From Oscillospiraceae bacterium (lineage in GTDB: Bacteria; Bacillota; Clostridia; Oscillospirales; CAG-272), in NCBI GenBank assembly GCA_015064005.1, contig SVTA01000003.1, positions 1 through 47,360 of the forward strand: DNA of 47,360 nt. The letters run 5' to 3'. Positions within the stretch are counted from its first letter, which is position 1. Each line of letters opens with the position of its first letter. The position numbers and the translations under genes are program-made. Positions 1 to 9,586 of this stretch are shown here, piece by piece. The notes beneath the pieces are model-generated. The model was not told where the DNA came from. It did not search any database and was given only the letters and a program-made list of their open reading frames with translations.

Positions 1-1
1 C

Positions 2-277
2 CTTGCCCTTTGCTACCGCGACGCCATTGCCGCGCTCAGCAAGCTGACCGGCAAGACCTACACCTCCGTCAACATCGTGGGCGGCGGCTGCAAGGACGAG
101 TACCTCAACGAGCTGACCGCAGCCATCACCGGGCTTCCCGTGCTGGCCGGCCCCGTGGAGGGCACCGCCATCGGCAATCTGCTGGTGCAGATGATCGCCG
201 GCGGCGACCTTGCCGACCTCCCCGCCGCCCGCACCGCCATTCGAAATAGCTTTGAAATAAAGGAGATCAGAAAATGA
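2..277 (+). CDS. rhaB: Rhamnulokinase, C-terminal part (5' truncated by window edge)
   Basis: Frame open from position 2 (LALCYRDAIAALSKLTGKTYTSVNIVGGG...LAGPVEGTAIGN), an FGGY kinase C-terminus; stop overlaps rhaA start (ATGA). Confidence 0.88.
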   Translation, partial: LALCYRDAIAALSKLTGKTYTSVNIVGGGCKDEYLNELTAAITGLPVLAGPVEGTAIGNLLVQMIAGGDLADLPAARTAIRNSFEIKEIRK

Positions 278-1530
278 GTTATGCTGAAGCAAAAGCAAGA
301 TACGCCGCCATTGGTATTGACACCGATGCGGCCATTCAGAAGCTGAAAAACGTACCTGTTGCGCTGCATTGCTGGCAGGGCGACGATGTGCGCGGCTTTG
401 ACGGTGATCCAAACGCTGCCCTCACCGGCGGCATTCAGACCACCGGCAACTATCCCGGTCGCGCCCGCACCCCGGAGGAGCTGATGGCCGACATCGACAA
501 GGTGATCTCCCTCGTGCCCGGTAAGGTCAAGATGAATCTGCACGCCTGCTACGCCATTTTCGATGAGGAAAACGGCGGCTGGGTCGACCGCGACAAGCTG
601 GAGCCCAAGCACTTCAAAAAGTGGGTAGATTTCTGCAAATCCCGGGGAATGGGGTGCGATTTCAACCCTACCTTCTTCTCTCATCCCAAGTGCGACCCCC
701 TTACGCTCTCCTCTCCCTGTGAGGAAACCAGAAAATTCTGGGTGGAGCACGGCAAGGCATGCGTGCGCATTTCGCAGTATCTGGCCGACGAGCTGGGCGA
801 GCCCTGCGTCATGAATATCTGGACGGGTGACGGCTACAAGGACATTCCTGCCGACCGCATCGGCCCCCGTGTGCGCTACAAGCAGTCCTTTGACGAGATC
901 CTCTCCGAGCCCTTTGACAAAACCAAGGTCTACCCCTGCGCGGAGAGCAAGGTGTTCGGCATCGGCGTGGAGAGCTACACCGTGGGCTCCGCCGAATGGT
1001 GCCTCAAATACGCCTCCGGCCGCGACGATTGCATCACCTTGATGGACAACGGTCACTATCATCCCACGGAGGTGGTCAGCGACAAGATCTCCGCCATTCT
1101 CGCTTACGACGAGAAGATGGCACTGCACGTGACCCGCGGCGTGCGCTGGGACAGCGACCACGTGGTGCTGTTTGACGACGAGACCCGTGAGATCTGTAAG
1201 GAGATCGTGCGCTGCGACGCGCTGGATCGCGTCTTCATCGCCCTTGACTACTTTGACGCCTCCATCAACCGCGTGGCCGCTTGGGTCACCGGCTTCCGCA
1301 ATCTGCAAAAATGCCTGCTTTTCGCGCTCCTGGAGCCGAATGAGACCTTCAAGAAGCTGCAGGACGAGGGCAACTTCTCCAAGCTGATGGTGCTGCAGGA
1401 GGAGCTGAAGTCCTTCCCCTTCGGCGACGTATGGGACGAGTACTGCCGCGCCTGCGAGAAGCCCGCGGACGGTGCTTGGTATCCCTCCATTGAAGCCTAC
1501 GAAAACGAAGTACAAGGAAAGAGAGTGTAA
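274..1530 (+). CDS. rhaA: L-rhamnose isomerase
   Basis: HCWQGDDV, GNYPGRARTP, ESKVFGIGVESY, RGVRWDSDHVV, LDYFDASINR motifs; SD AAGGAG. Confidence 0.97.
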   Translation: MSYAEAKARYAAIGIDTDAAIQKLKNVPVALHCWQGDDVRGFDGDPNAALTGGIQTTGNYPGRARTPEELMADIDKVISLVPGKVKMNLHACYAIFDEENGGWVDRDKLEPKHFKKWVDFCKSRGMGCDFNPTFFSHPKCDPLTLSSPCEETRKFWVEHGKACVRISQYLADELGEPCVMNIWTGDGYKDIPADRIGPRVRYKQSFDEILSEPFDKTKVYPCAESKVFGIGVESYTVGSAEWCLKYASGRDDCITLMDNGHYHPTEVVSDKISAILAYDEKMALHVTRGVRWDSDHVVLFDDETREICKEIVRCDALDRVFIALDYFDASINRVAAWVTGFRNLQKCLLFALLEPNETFKKLQDEGNFSKLMVLQEELKSFPFGDVWDEYCRACEKPADGAWYPSIEAYENEVQGKRV

Positions 1531-1532
1531 AA

Positions 1533-2357
1533 ATGAGTATTCTTGACGTAAAAGTGATCGGTGACTACATCCGCATGTGCAATGACGGCTGGCTGCAGGG
1601 CTGGCACGAGCGTAACGGCGGCAACCTGACCTACCGCATGAAGGCAGAGGAGGTGGCCGAATGCCGCCCCTTCTTCCGTGAGCCCGGCCCCTGGGTCAAC
1701 ATGGGCGTCACCGGTGCAAACCTTGCAGGCGAGTATTTCCTCACCACGGGTAGTGGTAAATTCTTCCGTAACGTGATCCTTGATCCCGCCCACTCCATCG
1801 GCATCGTAGAGATCAACGACAAGGGCGACAGCTGGCGTATCGTATGGGGTCTTGAGGGCGGCGCCCGTCCCACCAGCGAGTTCCCCAGCCACTTTATGAA
1901 CCACTCCGTCCGCGTGGCGGCCACCGACGGCGCTTGCCGCGTGATCTATCACGCCCACCCTGCCAACATCATCGCCATGACCTATACCCTGCCCCTTACC
2001 GCAAAGGCCTTCTCCCGCGCGCTGTGGCAGTCCGCCACCGAGTGCCCCGTGGTCTTCCCCGGCGGCGTTGGCGTGGTGGAATGGATGGTGCCGGGCGGCG
2101 CGGATATCGCCCTTGCCACCTCCGAGGTCATGAAGCAGTTTGATGCTGCCGTTTGGGCGCATCACGGCCTCTTCTGCTCCGGCCCCGATTTTGACATCAC
2201 CTTCGGCCTGATGCACACCATCGAAAAGGCCGCCGAGATCTACAATCTCGTCATGAGCAGCAGTGGCGGTCGCGTTCTGCAGACCATTTCCGACGCAAAC
2301 CTCCTTGCCATCGCCGAGGAGTTTGGTGTAGAGCTGAATAAGGATTTTCTCGATTAA
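1533..2357 (+). CDS. rhaD: Rhamnulose-1-phosphate aldolase
   Basis: GWHERNGGN, PTSEFPSH, HAHP and HHG metal-binding motifs; directly after rhaA. Confidence 0.96.
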   Translation: MSILDVKVIGDYIRMCNDGWLQGWHERNGGNLTYRMKAEEVAECRPFFREPGPWVNMGVTGANLAGEYFLTTGSGKFFRNVILDPAHSIGIVEINDKGDSWRIVWGLEGGARPTSEFPSHFMNHSVRVAATDGACRVIYHAHPANIIAMTYTLPLTAKAFSRALWQSATECPVVFPGGVGVVEWMVPGGADIALATSEVMKQFDAAVWAHHGLFCSGPDFDITFGLMHTIEKAAEIYNLVMSSSGGRVLQTISDANLLAIAEEFGVELNKDFLD

Positions 2358-2374
2358 ACCCCAAAACGGTATGT

Positions 2375-2416
2375 AAAAAGCAGAGGATGATGCAAAGCAT
2401 CACCCTCTGCTTTTTT
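2375..2416. terminator. Bidirectional intrinsic terminator between rhaD and GH39
   Basis: AAAAAGCAGAGGATGATGC-AAA-GCATCACCCTCTGCTTTTTT between convergent genes. Confidence 0.85.
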
Positions 2417-2421
2417 CTTGA

Positions 2422-3756
2422 TTATTCCATCACGCTGCCGACGTAAACAAAGCTGTTGTTCTTCATGGACAGGGTAAGAGTCAGGGAATCCTTGGCATCA
2501 AAGCGCAGCACCTGCACGTTGGTCTCGTTCTCGTCCACGCGGCGAATCTCGATTTCGCCTGCGGGCAAGCCCTGCAGGTCGAGGGTCACCTCGGTATCCT
2601 CGCCACCGTAGTTGGCAAGCAGGAGACCGCCGCGGCCGTTGCCCTTGGCGGCGCAGGCATAAAGCGCATCACCTGTGATTTCGGCGGGAACAGCCTCGCC
2701 CATCTGATACAGCGCATTGAAGAACTTGAAGGCGTAGAAGGGCTTGAGAGGACGCACGGTGGCCTTGCCATGGACGCCGATGGACATTCTATCCACCTCG
2801 TAAAGACCGCACCACTCCTTCACCACGTCAGCCTCAAAGTAGCAGGCGACCTGAATGCTCGTGCGGCTCTGCATGGCGGCCAGCGATGCCGCGGCTTGTG
2901 CCGCGCCGATGTGGTTTTTCAGCTTCACGTAGCTATCGGGCTGATTCGACCAGTCCTCCATGTAGTTCCACTCGTCAAAGATGTTTTCCGCGTCCTCATA
3001 GCCATAGCGCTTCAAGACCTCGTCCACGAAGGCGGAGCTATTCACAGCAATCTCCACATCTGCATAGTATCTGTGCCAGGAACAGAAATCCATCGGGATG
3101 CGGGTGGGCTTGGCGGTGATGTAGTTGAAAAAGCCCTCGATGAATTTGTCCCAATGGCGAGACCAGGCACATCCGCCGATCTTCAGGTGGGGGAATTTCT
3201 CCTTCAGGTGCGTAGCCGCTACACAGTAGAGCTCATAAAATTCTTCGGGCGTGCCCTGCCATTGGTTTCTGGAGCTTCCGTTTGCCTCGTTCCAGATCTC
3301 CCAATAGCGGATGTTCCACCGGAAGCCGTTTGCCCATCCCTCGGTGTAGTGACGGATGACGTGCTCGCAAATGCGTGCCCATTTTGCAAAATCCTTGGGC
3401 GGGAAGATGTGACGCTTGACAGGTGCATGCTCGATGGAAACGCCAAGGCGGAAGAGGGGCTCTGCGCCAACCTCCATACAGGCCTTCAGGTATTCATCGG
3501 TAAGACCGAAGGAATAGTTCTCCTCCTTGGTCTCGTCGGCATCGAAATTACGGAAAATACAGGGAATATCCACAAACTCGCCGGAGCCGTAGGGGTACTC
3601 TACGTCGTGCAGACGGGCAAAGGGAATGCCCATCTCCTTGAACTGAGGACGGCAATCATAGGTAAACACCTTGGTCATGGGGCCGGAATTCACACCGTGC
3701 AGAGGGCGAATGGGGCCGGTGGAGGGGGCGGAAAAGTCAACAGAAAGCTTTTTCAT
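2422..3756 (-). CDS. GH39-like glycoside hydrolase (clan GH-A), cytoplasmic
   Basis: PLHGVN..RLHD, YWEIWNE acid/base region and DEWN nucleophile region; no signal peptide; SD AAGGAG. Confidence 0.8.
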   Translation of the reverse strand: MKKLSVDFSAPSTGPIRPLHGVNSGPMTKVFTYDCRPQFKEMGIPFARLHDVEYPYGSGEFVDIPCIFRNFDADETKEENYSFGLTDEYLKACMEVGAEPLFRLGVSIEHAPVKRHIFPPKDFAKWARICEHVIRHYTEGWANGFRWNIRYWEIWNEANGSSRNQWQGTPEEFYELYCVAATHLKEKFPHLKIGGCAWSRHWDKFIEGFFNYITAKPTRIPMDFCSWHRYYADVEIAVNSSAFVDEVLKRYGYEDAENIFDEWNYMEDWSNQPDSYVKLKNHIGAAQAAASLAAMQSRTSIQVACYFEADVVKEWCGLYEVDRMSIGVHGKATVRPLKPFYAFKFFNALYQMGEAVPAEITGDALYACAAKGNGRGGLLLANYGGEDTEVTLDLQGLPAGEIEIRRVDENETNVQVLRFDAKDSLTLTLSMKNNSFVYVGSVME

Positions 3757-3799
3757 GGGTTTACTCCTTTTTTGTTGATAAATAACAGCCTATGATTGC

Positions 3800-3828
3800 A
3801 TTTTAAATCAAAACGGGGGAAAAGTCAA
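3800..3828 (-). promoter_or_regulatory. sigmaA-type promoter of GH39 gene
   Basis: TTGACT-17bp-TAAAAT on minus strand. Confidence 0.55.
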
Positions 3829-3858
3829 GGGGGAAATCTACGAAACATTTTCGAAATG

Positions 3859-3900
3859 CAAAACGGGTGGAGAAAACGCAGGTTTTCTCCACCCGTTTTG
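3859..3900 (-). terminator. Terminator after GH28 gene
   Basis: CAAAACGGGTGGAGAAAAC-GCAG-GTTTTCTCCACCCGTTTTG, 19-bp perfect stem. Confidence 0.8.
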
Positions 3901-3904
3901 GGGG

Positions 3905-5245
3905 TTATTGAATCACAAGGCCATCCACGTCGTCAAAAATGAAGTCCTCACGGGCATCGGGACGGTAGGCGCTGATTTTCACGTTATCCAGCAAAAGTCC
4001 CCGCACGTGGCGGAAAAAGATGCCCTTTGCGGGCAACACCTTGCCGTAGACCCACACCTCCGGGTACTTACCGAGGTTATCCGGCACGTTCGCCTCCCAT
4101 TCCGTGATGCCGCCCTCCACCGTCAGCTCCACGTTACGAAGCGTGATGTTTTCAAGCGGGCTTTCCGCCAGGCCACAGACGTTGGAGGTATACTGGTCTC
4201 CACCGTTCCACAGTGCCTGCACCTTTTCGCCGGCCACAAAGGTCTTATAGTTCCACTCAATGGCCTCCCAGGGCTCATAAGGCCCCTCGGCAGTGATGTT
4301 TTCCAGCGTGACGTTGCGGATGTGCCCCACGGGCACGCCTGCGGGACCGCGCATCCGTGCGCCGGTGTGAATGAAGATGGGTGCGCCCGCATTTTTGATG
4401 CGGATGTTTTTGAGGGTGAGACCGTCGATAACGGCGCCGTCCACGCTCTCAATGGCAATGGCGGTGATGCGGGTGTCCCGCACCTCCACGTTTTCAATAT
4501 CCACGTCATAAAAGCCGCCGTTGGTTTCCGTGCCGAACTTGATGGCAGAGCAACGGCTCTTGACGCGGCAATTTTTCACGGAAACGTTACGGCACGCGTC
4601 GATCCTATTGAGGGTATAGGAGGATTTGAACACAATGCCGTCGTCACCGCTTTCCACGTCACAGTCATAAATACGCACATTTTTGGAGTTGTCGGGGGAG
4701 ATGCCGTCGATATACACGCGCATTTTCACGCCAAAGACATCTACATCCTCACATCCGGCAAAATACACCGCAAGGTCAGTGGTATTATCAATGGTCACAC
4801 CGCTGATCTCCACGTGGCGGCAATTTTTCAGCGCGATGGTCTTTGCACCGCGATGCACCATATCCCGCACGTTGTCCTCGTCCCAGACGCTGCGCATATC
4901 AATGCGCCCGGCGCCGCGAACAGCGATGTTTTCGCAATCAAGGCCAACGAACATGGAGGTGTTGAAATAGGTGTGCGAGGCATCCTGATAGGCGGGATAA
5001 TCAATGGGCTCGTGGGGTGCATAATCGTAAAAATTCAGACTGCCCAGAAGCACCGCGCCCTCCTCAAGCACGATATGCACGCCGCTTTTGAGGAACACGG
5101 TGGCAAGCACGTACTCGCCCGCGGGAAACACCACCTCGCCGCCGCCCTCGGCGGCGCACAGATCAATTACCCGCTGAACGGTATCGGAAATCAGCGTTAT
5201 TCCGTCGGCTACGGCGCCGTGATCGGTAACAAGATATCGTTTCAT
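3905..5245 (-). CDS. GH28 family glycoside hydrolase (polygalacturonase/rhamnogalacturonase-like beta-helix)
   Basis: GGGEVVFPAG..LKSGV N-terminus; IDGISPD, GDD and IKFGTE motifs. Confidence 0.85.
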   Translation of the reverse strand: MKRYLVTDHGAVADGITLISDTVQRVIDLCAAEGGGEVVFPAGEYVLATVFLKSGVHIVLEEGAVLLGSLNFYDYAPHEPIDYPAYQDASHTYFNTSMFVGLDCENIAVRGAGRIDMRSVWDEDNVRDMVHRGAKTIALKNCRHVEISGVTIDNTTDLAVYFAGCEDVDVFGVKMRVYIDGISPDNSKNVRIYDCDVESGDDGIVFKSSYTLNRIDACRNVSVKNCRVKSRCSAIKFGTETNGGFYDVDIENVEVRDTRITAIAIESVDGAVIDGLTLKNIRIKNAGAPIFIHTGARMRGPAGVPVGHIRNVTLENITAEGPYEPWEAIEWNYKTFVAGEKVQALWNGGDQYTSNVCGLAESPLENITLRNVELTVEGGITEWEANVPDNLGKYPEVWVYGKVLPAKGIFFRHVRGLLLDNVKISAYRPDAREDFIFDDVDGLVIQ

Positions 5246-5267
5246 ATCGTTTTCTCCTTGTAAGACG

Positions 5268-6401
5268 TCATTGATCCAGCTTCAGATCGTCCTCGCGGAT
5301 CCAGCCGATGCGTCGAAGCAACAGACCGAGCCCCCAGCTGATGACAGCCGGCAGAAGGAAGCAGATCAGCAGTAGACCAATCCAGTCAAAAACCGATACC
5401 GTTTCGGGGTATTCACCTCCGAACCAACCGAGAATAATACCAATGGGGCCAAGCAGACCGCAGGTGCCCATGCCGGAATTGATGGCTGCACCGTACATTT
5501 TCATGCCAAACACACAGGTGGCAAGCGGGCCGGTAATGGCCGATGCCACCGTGGGCGGGATCCAGATGCGAGGATTGCGCACAATATTGGGCATTTGGAT
5601 CATACTGGTGCCGATTCCCTGCGAAACCAAGCCGCTCCAACGGTTTTCCTTGAAGCTCATCACCGCAAAGCCCACCATCTGGGCACAGCAGCCGGCCACG
5701 GCTGCGCCGCCCGCGAGGGCAAGCCCTTCGGCATTGGGCGGAACGGCGCCGCCGGCCAGCGCGGCACCGGAAAGACCGATGGCTGCGCAAATCGCCGCAG
5801 AACTGATGGGCAGCGTCAGCGCCACACCCACCACTACGGAAATGACAAGCCCCATCACGAAGGGCTGCTGCTCAGTGGCCCAGCCGATAAATTTTCCCAC
5901 AAAGCTCACCAGCGTGCCAATATGCGGTGCCACCAGCAGCGCCAACCCGCCACCAACCAGCACCGTGACAAAGGGCGTAACCAAAATATCCACCTTGGTC
6001 TCCTTGGAGACCGCCTTGCCGCATTCCACGGCCACAATGGTGATCAGCAAAACCGCCAGAGGGCCGCCGGCGGCGCCCAGATCGTTGGCCATCAGACCCA
6101 CCAGCGCCGAGGAATACATCACGAAGGGCGGCGCCTTCAGGGCAAAGGCGATGGCCACTGCCATGGCGGGGCCTGCCGCCTTGGCGCCGTAGCTACCGAT
6201 ACTCTTGAAAAATGCAAGCCCGGGGATAAGACCGAGGGCATTGAAGACCGTAGCGATCAGCAGCGAGCCGAAAAGGCCCAGCGCCATGGCACCAAGTGCG
6301 TCGATGCCATACCGTTTCGCGGAAAACACGATATCCTTTCTCGCAAGAAAGCGAAGAAACGCGTTTTTTTCAGTGCTTACGGGGGTTCCTTGTTCGTTCA
6401 T
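5268..6401 (-). CDS. PTS IIC-like membrane protein (PTS_EIIC_2 type, orphan)
   Basis: LGAMALGLF, KETKVDILVTP, LTLPISSAA, GIGTSMIQMPN, SGMGTCGL motifs; start at MNEQG after SD AAGGAG. Confidence 0.8.
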   Translation of the reverse strand: MNEQGTPVSTEKNAFLRFLARKDIVFSAKRYGIDALGAMALGLFGSLLIATVFNALGLIPGLAFFKSIGSYGAKAAGPAMAVAIAFALKAPPFVMYSSALVGLMANDLGAAGGPLAVLLITIVAVECGKAVSKETKVDILVTPFVTVLVGGGLALLVAPHIGTLVSFVGKFIGWATEQQPFVMGLVISVVVGVALTLPISSAAICAAIGLSGAALAGGAVPPNAEGLALAGGAAVAGCCAQMVGFAVMSFKENRWSGLVSQGIGTSMIQMPNIVRNPRIWIPPTVASAITGPLATCVFGMKMYGAAINSGMGTCGLLGPIGIILGWFGGEYPETVSVFDWIGLLLICFLLPAVISWGLGLLLRRIGWIREDDLKLDQ

Positions 6402-7179
6402 TTCCGGCTCCTTTCGTCCGTTCATCCTCCTGCCGAAGCCGCCGGCGCAGCACGTCAAACAGCGACGAGGATGCTTGCCGCGCGACCACGTTGGGGTCGT
6501 CGTAATTCATAATGGTGGCATAATCGTGATCGGAAAACACAAAATGCTCTAAAAGCGGTAGCTCAATGAGGTTCATGGCCTCCGACAGCTGATGGGTAAA
6601 CACCCGGTCATCCCCTGAGGGAATGGCCAGCCCGCCCGGATGATTGTGGGCAAGCACCGCGGCCGCAGCATTCTTTGCCAGCGCACGCTCCGCAATGCGT
6701 CGCAGGGAAAGCCCGACGCGGGAAATGGAGCCGTCACCTACGTGGAAGCAATCCAGCAGGTGCATGCCGTTATCAAACAGCAGCAGGTACGCCCGCTCCA
6801 CTGTAAGTCCGAGAAATCTAGGCGCGAGGAATGCCGCAATCTTCTCCGGCGTGTCGAACACGGGAGTCTTATCCACGGGGTCGAACTTGGAAACCGTATA
6901 CCGTTTGGCGGTTTCTCCCAGCAAATTCAGATAAAGCGCCGTGGCGTCACTGACACCGCGCACACCCGCCAGACGGTCCGCTTCGGCCTCCAGCACGTGT
7001 GTCAAGGATCCAAATTCCTCAATAAGAGAATGTGCCAGATCATTGGTATCCCGCCGCGGCAGCACATAATACAAAAGCATTTCCAAAAGCTCATGGTCAG
7101 CAAAGGTATCCGGCTTTGAGGCGGCAAAACGCTCCTTCATTCTTTGGCGATGACCGTGATGTAGGTGCTTTTCCTCCAT
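6370..7179 (-). CDS. radC: RadC family protein (HhH + JAB/MPN domain)
   Basis: GHRQRMKERF, ELLEMLL..PRRDTN, AHNHPGG..PS.DD motifs. Confidence 0.9.
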   Translation of the reverse strand: MEEKHLHHGHRQRMKERFAASKPDTFADHELLEMLLYYVLPRRDTNDLAHSLIEEFGSLTHVLEAEADRLAGVRGVSDATALYLNLLGETAKRYTVSKFDPVDKTPVFDTPEKIAAFLAPRFLGLTVERAYLLLFDNGMHLLDCFHVGDGSISRVGLSLRRIAERALAKNAAAAVLAHNHPGGLAIPSGDDRVFTHQLSEAMNLIELPLLEHFVFSDHDYATIMNYDDPNVVARQASSSLFDVLRRRLRQEDERTKGAGNERTRNPRKH

Positions 7180-7277
7180 ACATACTTCCCCTTTCCTTGA
7201 GTTTCATTTCCATTTTATCACAAACGGCCGTGTTTTTCCATACCTTCCGAAAAAAATATTGAAATCTGCCCCACAAC

Positions 7278-7306
7278 TTGTATTTTGACGCGCTTTATGC
7301 TATAAT
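7278..7306 (+). promoter_or_regulatory. sigmaA promoter of GH3 gene
   Basis: TTGTAT-17bp-TATAAT with extended TG. Confidence 0.6.
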
Positions 7307-7342
7307 TGTTAAGGTTCAAAAATTATATAGAGGGAGAGACCT

Positions 7343-9505
7343 ATGGATATCAAAAAGCTACTAAGCGAAATGACACTTGCCGAAAAGCTGGGGCAGCTGA
7401 CCCAGCTGAACGCCGTCTTTTTCAACACGGAAAACGATGCGGATATCACCGGCCCCGCCGCCAAGCTACACATTGGCGAGGAGGATATTTCCCTCACCGG
7501 CTCGGTGCTGAACTTTACCAGCGCCGCCTTGATGAAAAAGACCCAGGACGCCGCCATGGCCCGTCAGCCTCACCATATCCCCCTGCTCTTTATGCAGGAT
7601 GTGATCCACGGCTTTCGCACCGTTTACCCCATTCCCCTTGCCATGGGCTGCTCCTTTGACGAAGCGCTGATGGAGGATTGCGCGCGAATGGCCGCGAAGG
7701 AGGCCGCCGTCAGCGGTGTGCACGTGACCTTTTCGCCCATGATGGATCTTGCCCGCGATGCCCGCTGGGGACGCGTGATGGAGTCTCCCGGCGAGGACCC
7801 CACCCTCAACGGCCGGATGGGCGCCGCTCTTGTGCGGGGTTATCAGGGCGACGGAACCGGCCCCTACGACATTCCCGCCTGTGTCAAGCACTTTGCGGCC
7901 TACGGTGCGCCGGAGGCGGGGCGTGATTACGCGCCCGTTGAGCTTTCCGAGCACACTCTGAGAGAATATTACCTTCCCGCCTACCGCGCTTGTGTAGATG
8001 CGGGTGTCAAAATGATTATGCCCGCCTTCAACACCATTGGCGGCGTGCCCTGTACCGCAAATCGCTATCTTCTTGATACCATTCTGCGCCGCGAATGGGG
8101 CTTCAAGGGTGTTGTCATCAGCGATTACCACGCTCATCACGAAATGGTGAAGCACGGCGTGGCGGAAAATGACAAGGAAGCCGTTGCGCTCGCTCTTAAC
8201 GCGGGCTGTGATATTGAAATGATGTCCACTGCCACCTACCGCTTTGCAAAGGAGCTTTTGGACGAAGGACGCATTACCATGGAGCAGATCGACGCCGCTA
8301 CTCTGCGGGTGCTGGAGCTGAAAAACCAGCTGGGGCTCTTTGAAAACCCCTACCGCGCGGCAAGCGAGGAGGAAGAAAAGCGACTGCACCTCTGCTCGGA
8401 GCATCGGGCACTTGCTCGACGCGCCGCCGAGGAATCCGCGGTTCTGCTGAAAAACGACGGTGTGCTCCCCTTCTCCAAGGACGTTCGTAAAGTGGCTGTC
8501 ATAGGCCCCTTCGCCAAAGAACAAGGCATTAAGGGCAATTGGGCCGGCAACGGCCGGGACGAGGACTGTGTCACCGTGCTTGCCGGCATCCGCGCACTGT
8601 TACCCGATGCAGAGGTCGCTTATACCAAGGGCTGTAGCTGGGAGCTGGGTGAAACCAAGGTGCCGGATCTCGAGGAGGCCGTGGAGCTGGCCTCGGAGGC
8701 TGATGCCGTGGTGCTGTGCCTTGGCGAATACCAGCACCATTCCGGAGAGGGCAACAGCCGTGCCACCCTGACGCTTTCCCCTGCCCAGATGGCGCTGGCG
8801 CGAGCCGTGCTGGATGCCAACAAAAACACCGCCGTGGTGCTCTTTAACGGCCGCCCGCTGGTCATCCCGGAGCTTTCCACCATTGCCCCCGCCATTCTCG
8901 ATATGTGGCAGCCGGGCACCGAGGGCGGTAACGCCGCCGCGCGACTGCTGTTTGGCGATGCCAATCCCTGCGGCAAGCTCTCCATGAGCTTCCCCTACCA
9001 TGAGGGACAATGCCCCATTTATTACAGCCATCTGCACACCGGCCGCCCTGTCGCCAACCCCAAGGAGATCACCCAAACAGGTTACTGCTCCCGCTACATG
9101 GACGTACCCGTTGACCCGCTTTACGTCTTTGGTCACGGCCTTTCCTACAATACCTATACCTATGACAATCTGACCCTGAGCGCGGACACCATTCACCCCG
9201 GTGAGGAGCTGGAGGTGGCCGTAACGGTGAAAAACGAGGGGAAACGGTATGGAAAAGAGACGGTTCAGCTCTATATCCGCGACAAGGTGGCCAGCGTGGC
9301 GCGCCCCGTCAAGGAGCTGAAGGATTTCGTGAAGCTGGAGCTGGAGGCCGGCGAGAGCGCCGCCGTCATCTTTACCATCACCGAGGAGGATCTCCGCTTC
9401 CACACCGTCACCGGTGAATTTGCCAGCGAGGCCGGCGAGTTTGAGGTGATGGTGGGCAAAAGCAGTGATGATCTGCTCTCCGCCACTTTCCGCCTTGAAA
9501 AATAA
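7343..9505 (+). CDS. GH3 beta-glucosidase (BglX-like), cytoplasmic
   Basis: DVIHG, RDARWGR, KHFAAYG, SDY nucleophile, C-terminal Fn3-like domain (VQLYIRD..RPVKELK). Confidence 0.93.
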   Translation: MDIKKLLSEMTLAEKLGQLTQLNAVFFNTENDADITGPAAKLHIGEEDISLTGSVLNFTSAALMKKTQDAAMARQPHHIPLLFMQDVIHGFRTVYPIPLAMGCSFDEALMEDCARMAAKEAAVSGVHVTFSPMMDLARDARWGRVMESPGEDPTLNGRMGAALVRGYQGDGTGPYDIPACVKHFAAYGAPEAGRDYAPVELSEHTLREYYLPAYRACVDAGVKMIMPAFNTIGGVPCTANRYLLDTILRREWGFKGVVISDYHAHHEMVKHGVAENDKEAVALALNAGCDIEMMSTATYRFAKELLDEGRITMEQIDAATLRVLELKNQLGLFENPYRAASEEEEKRLHLCSEHRALARRAAEESAVLLKNDGVLPFSKDVRKVAVIGPFAKEQGIKGNWAGNGRDEDCVTVLAGIRALLPDAEVAYTKGCSWELGETKVPDLEEAVELASEADAVVLCLGEYQHHSGEGNSRATLTLSPAQMALARAVLDANKNTAVVLFNGRPLVIPELSTIAPAILDMWQPGTEGGNAAARLLFGDANPCGKLSMSFPYHEGQCPIYYSHLHTGRPVANPKEITQTGYCSRYMDVPVDPLYVFGHGLSYNTYTYDNLTLSADTIHPGEELEVAVTVKNEGKRYGKETVQLYIRDKVASVARPVKELKDFVKLELEAGESAAVIFTITEEDLRFHTVTGEFASEAGEFEVMVGKSSDDLLSATFRLEK

Positions 9506-9541
9506 TCCTCCAAAAAACGATTTACCCGTCAAACGGTACAG

Positions 9542-9580
9542 AAAACTCCCGGTAAACGCTATGCGTTTGCCGGGAGTTTT
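9542..9580. terminator. Bidirectional terminator between GH3 and MATE
   Basis: AAAACTCCCGGTAAACGC-TAT-GCGTTTGCCGGGAGTTTT. Confidence 0.85.
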
Positions 9581-9586
9581 GATGTA

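Noticed and set aside
58-5263. Antisense ORFs opposite rhaA, rhaD, GH39 and GH28
   Set aside because: Shadow ORFs with no recognisable domains
6370-7179. radC as a marker of a mobile or defence element
   Set aside because: Full-length chromosomal-type RadC; no integrase, att sites or defence genes nearby
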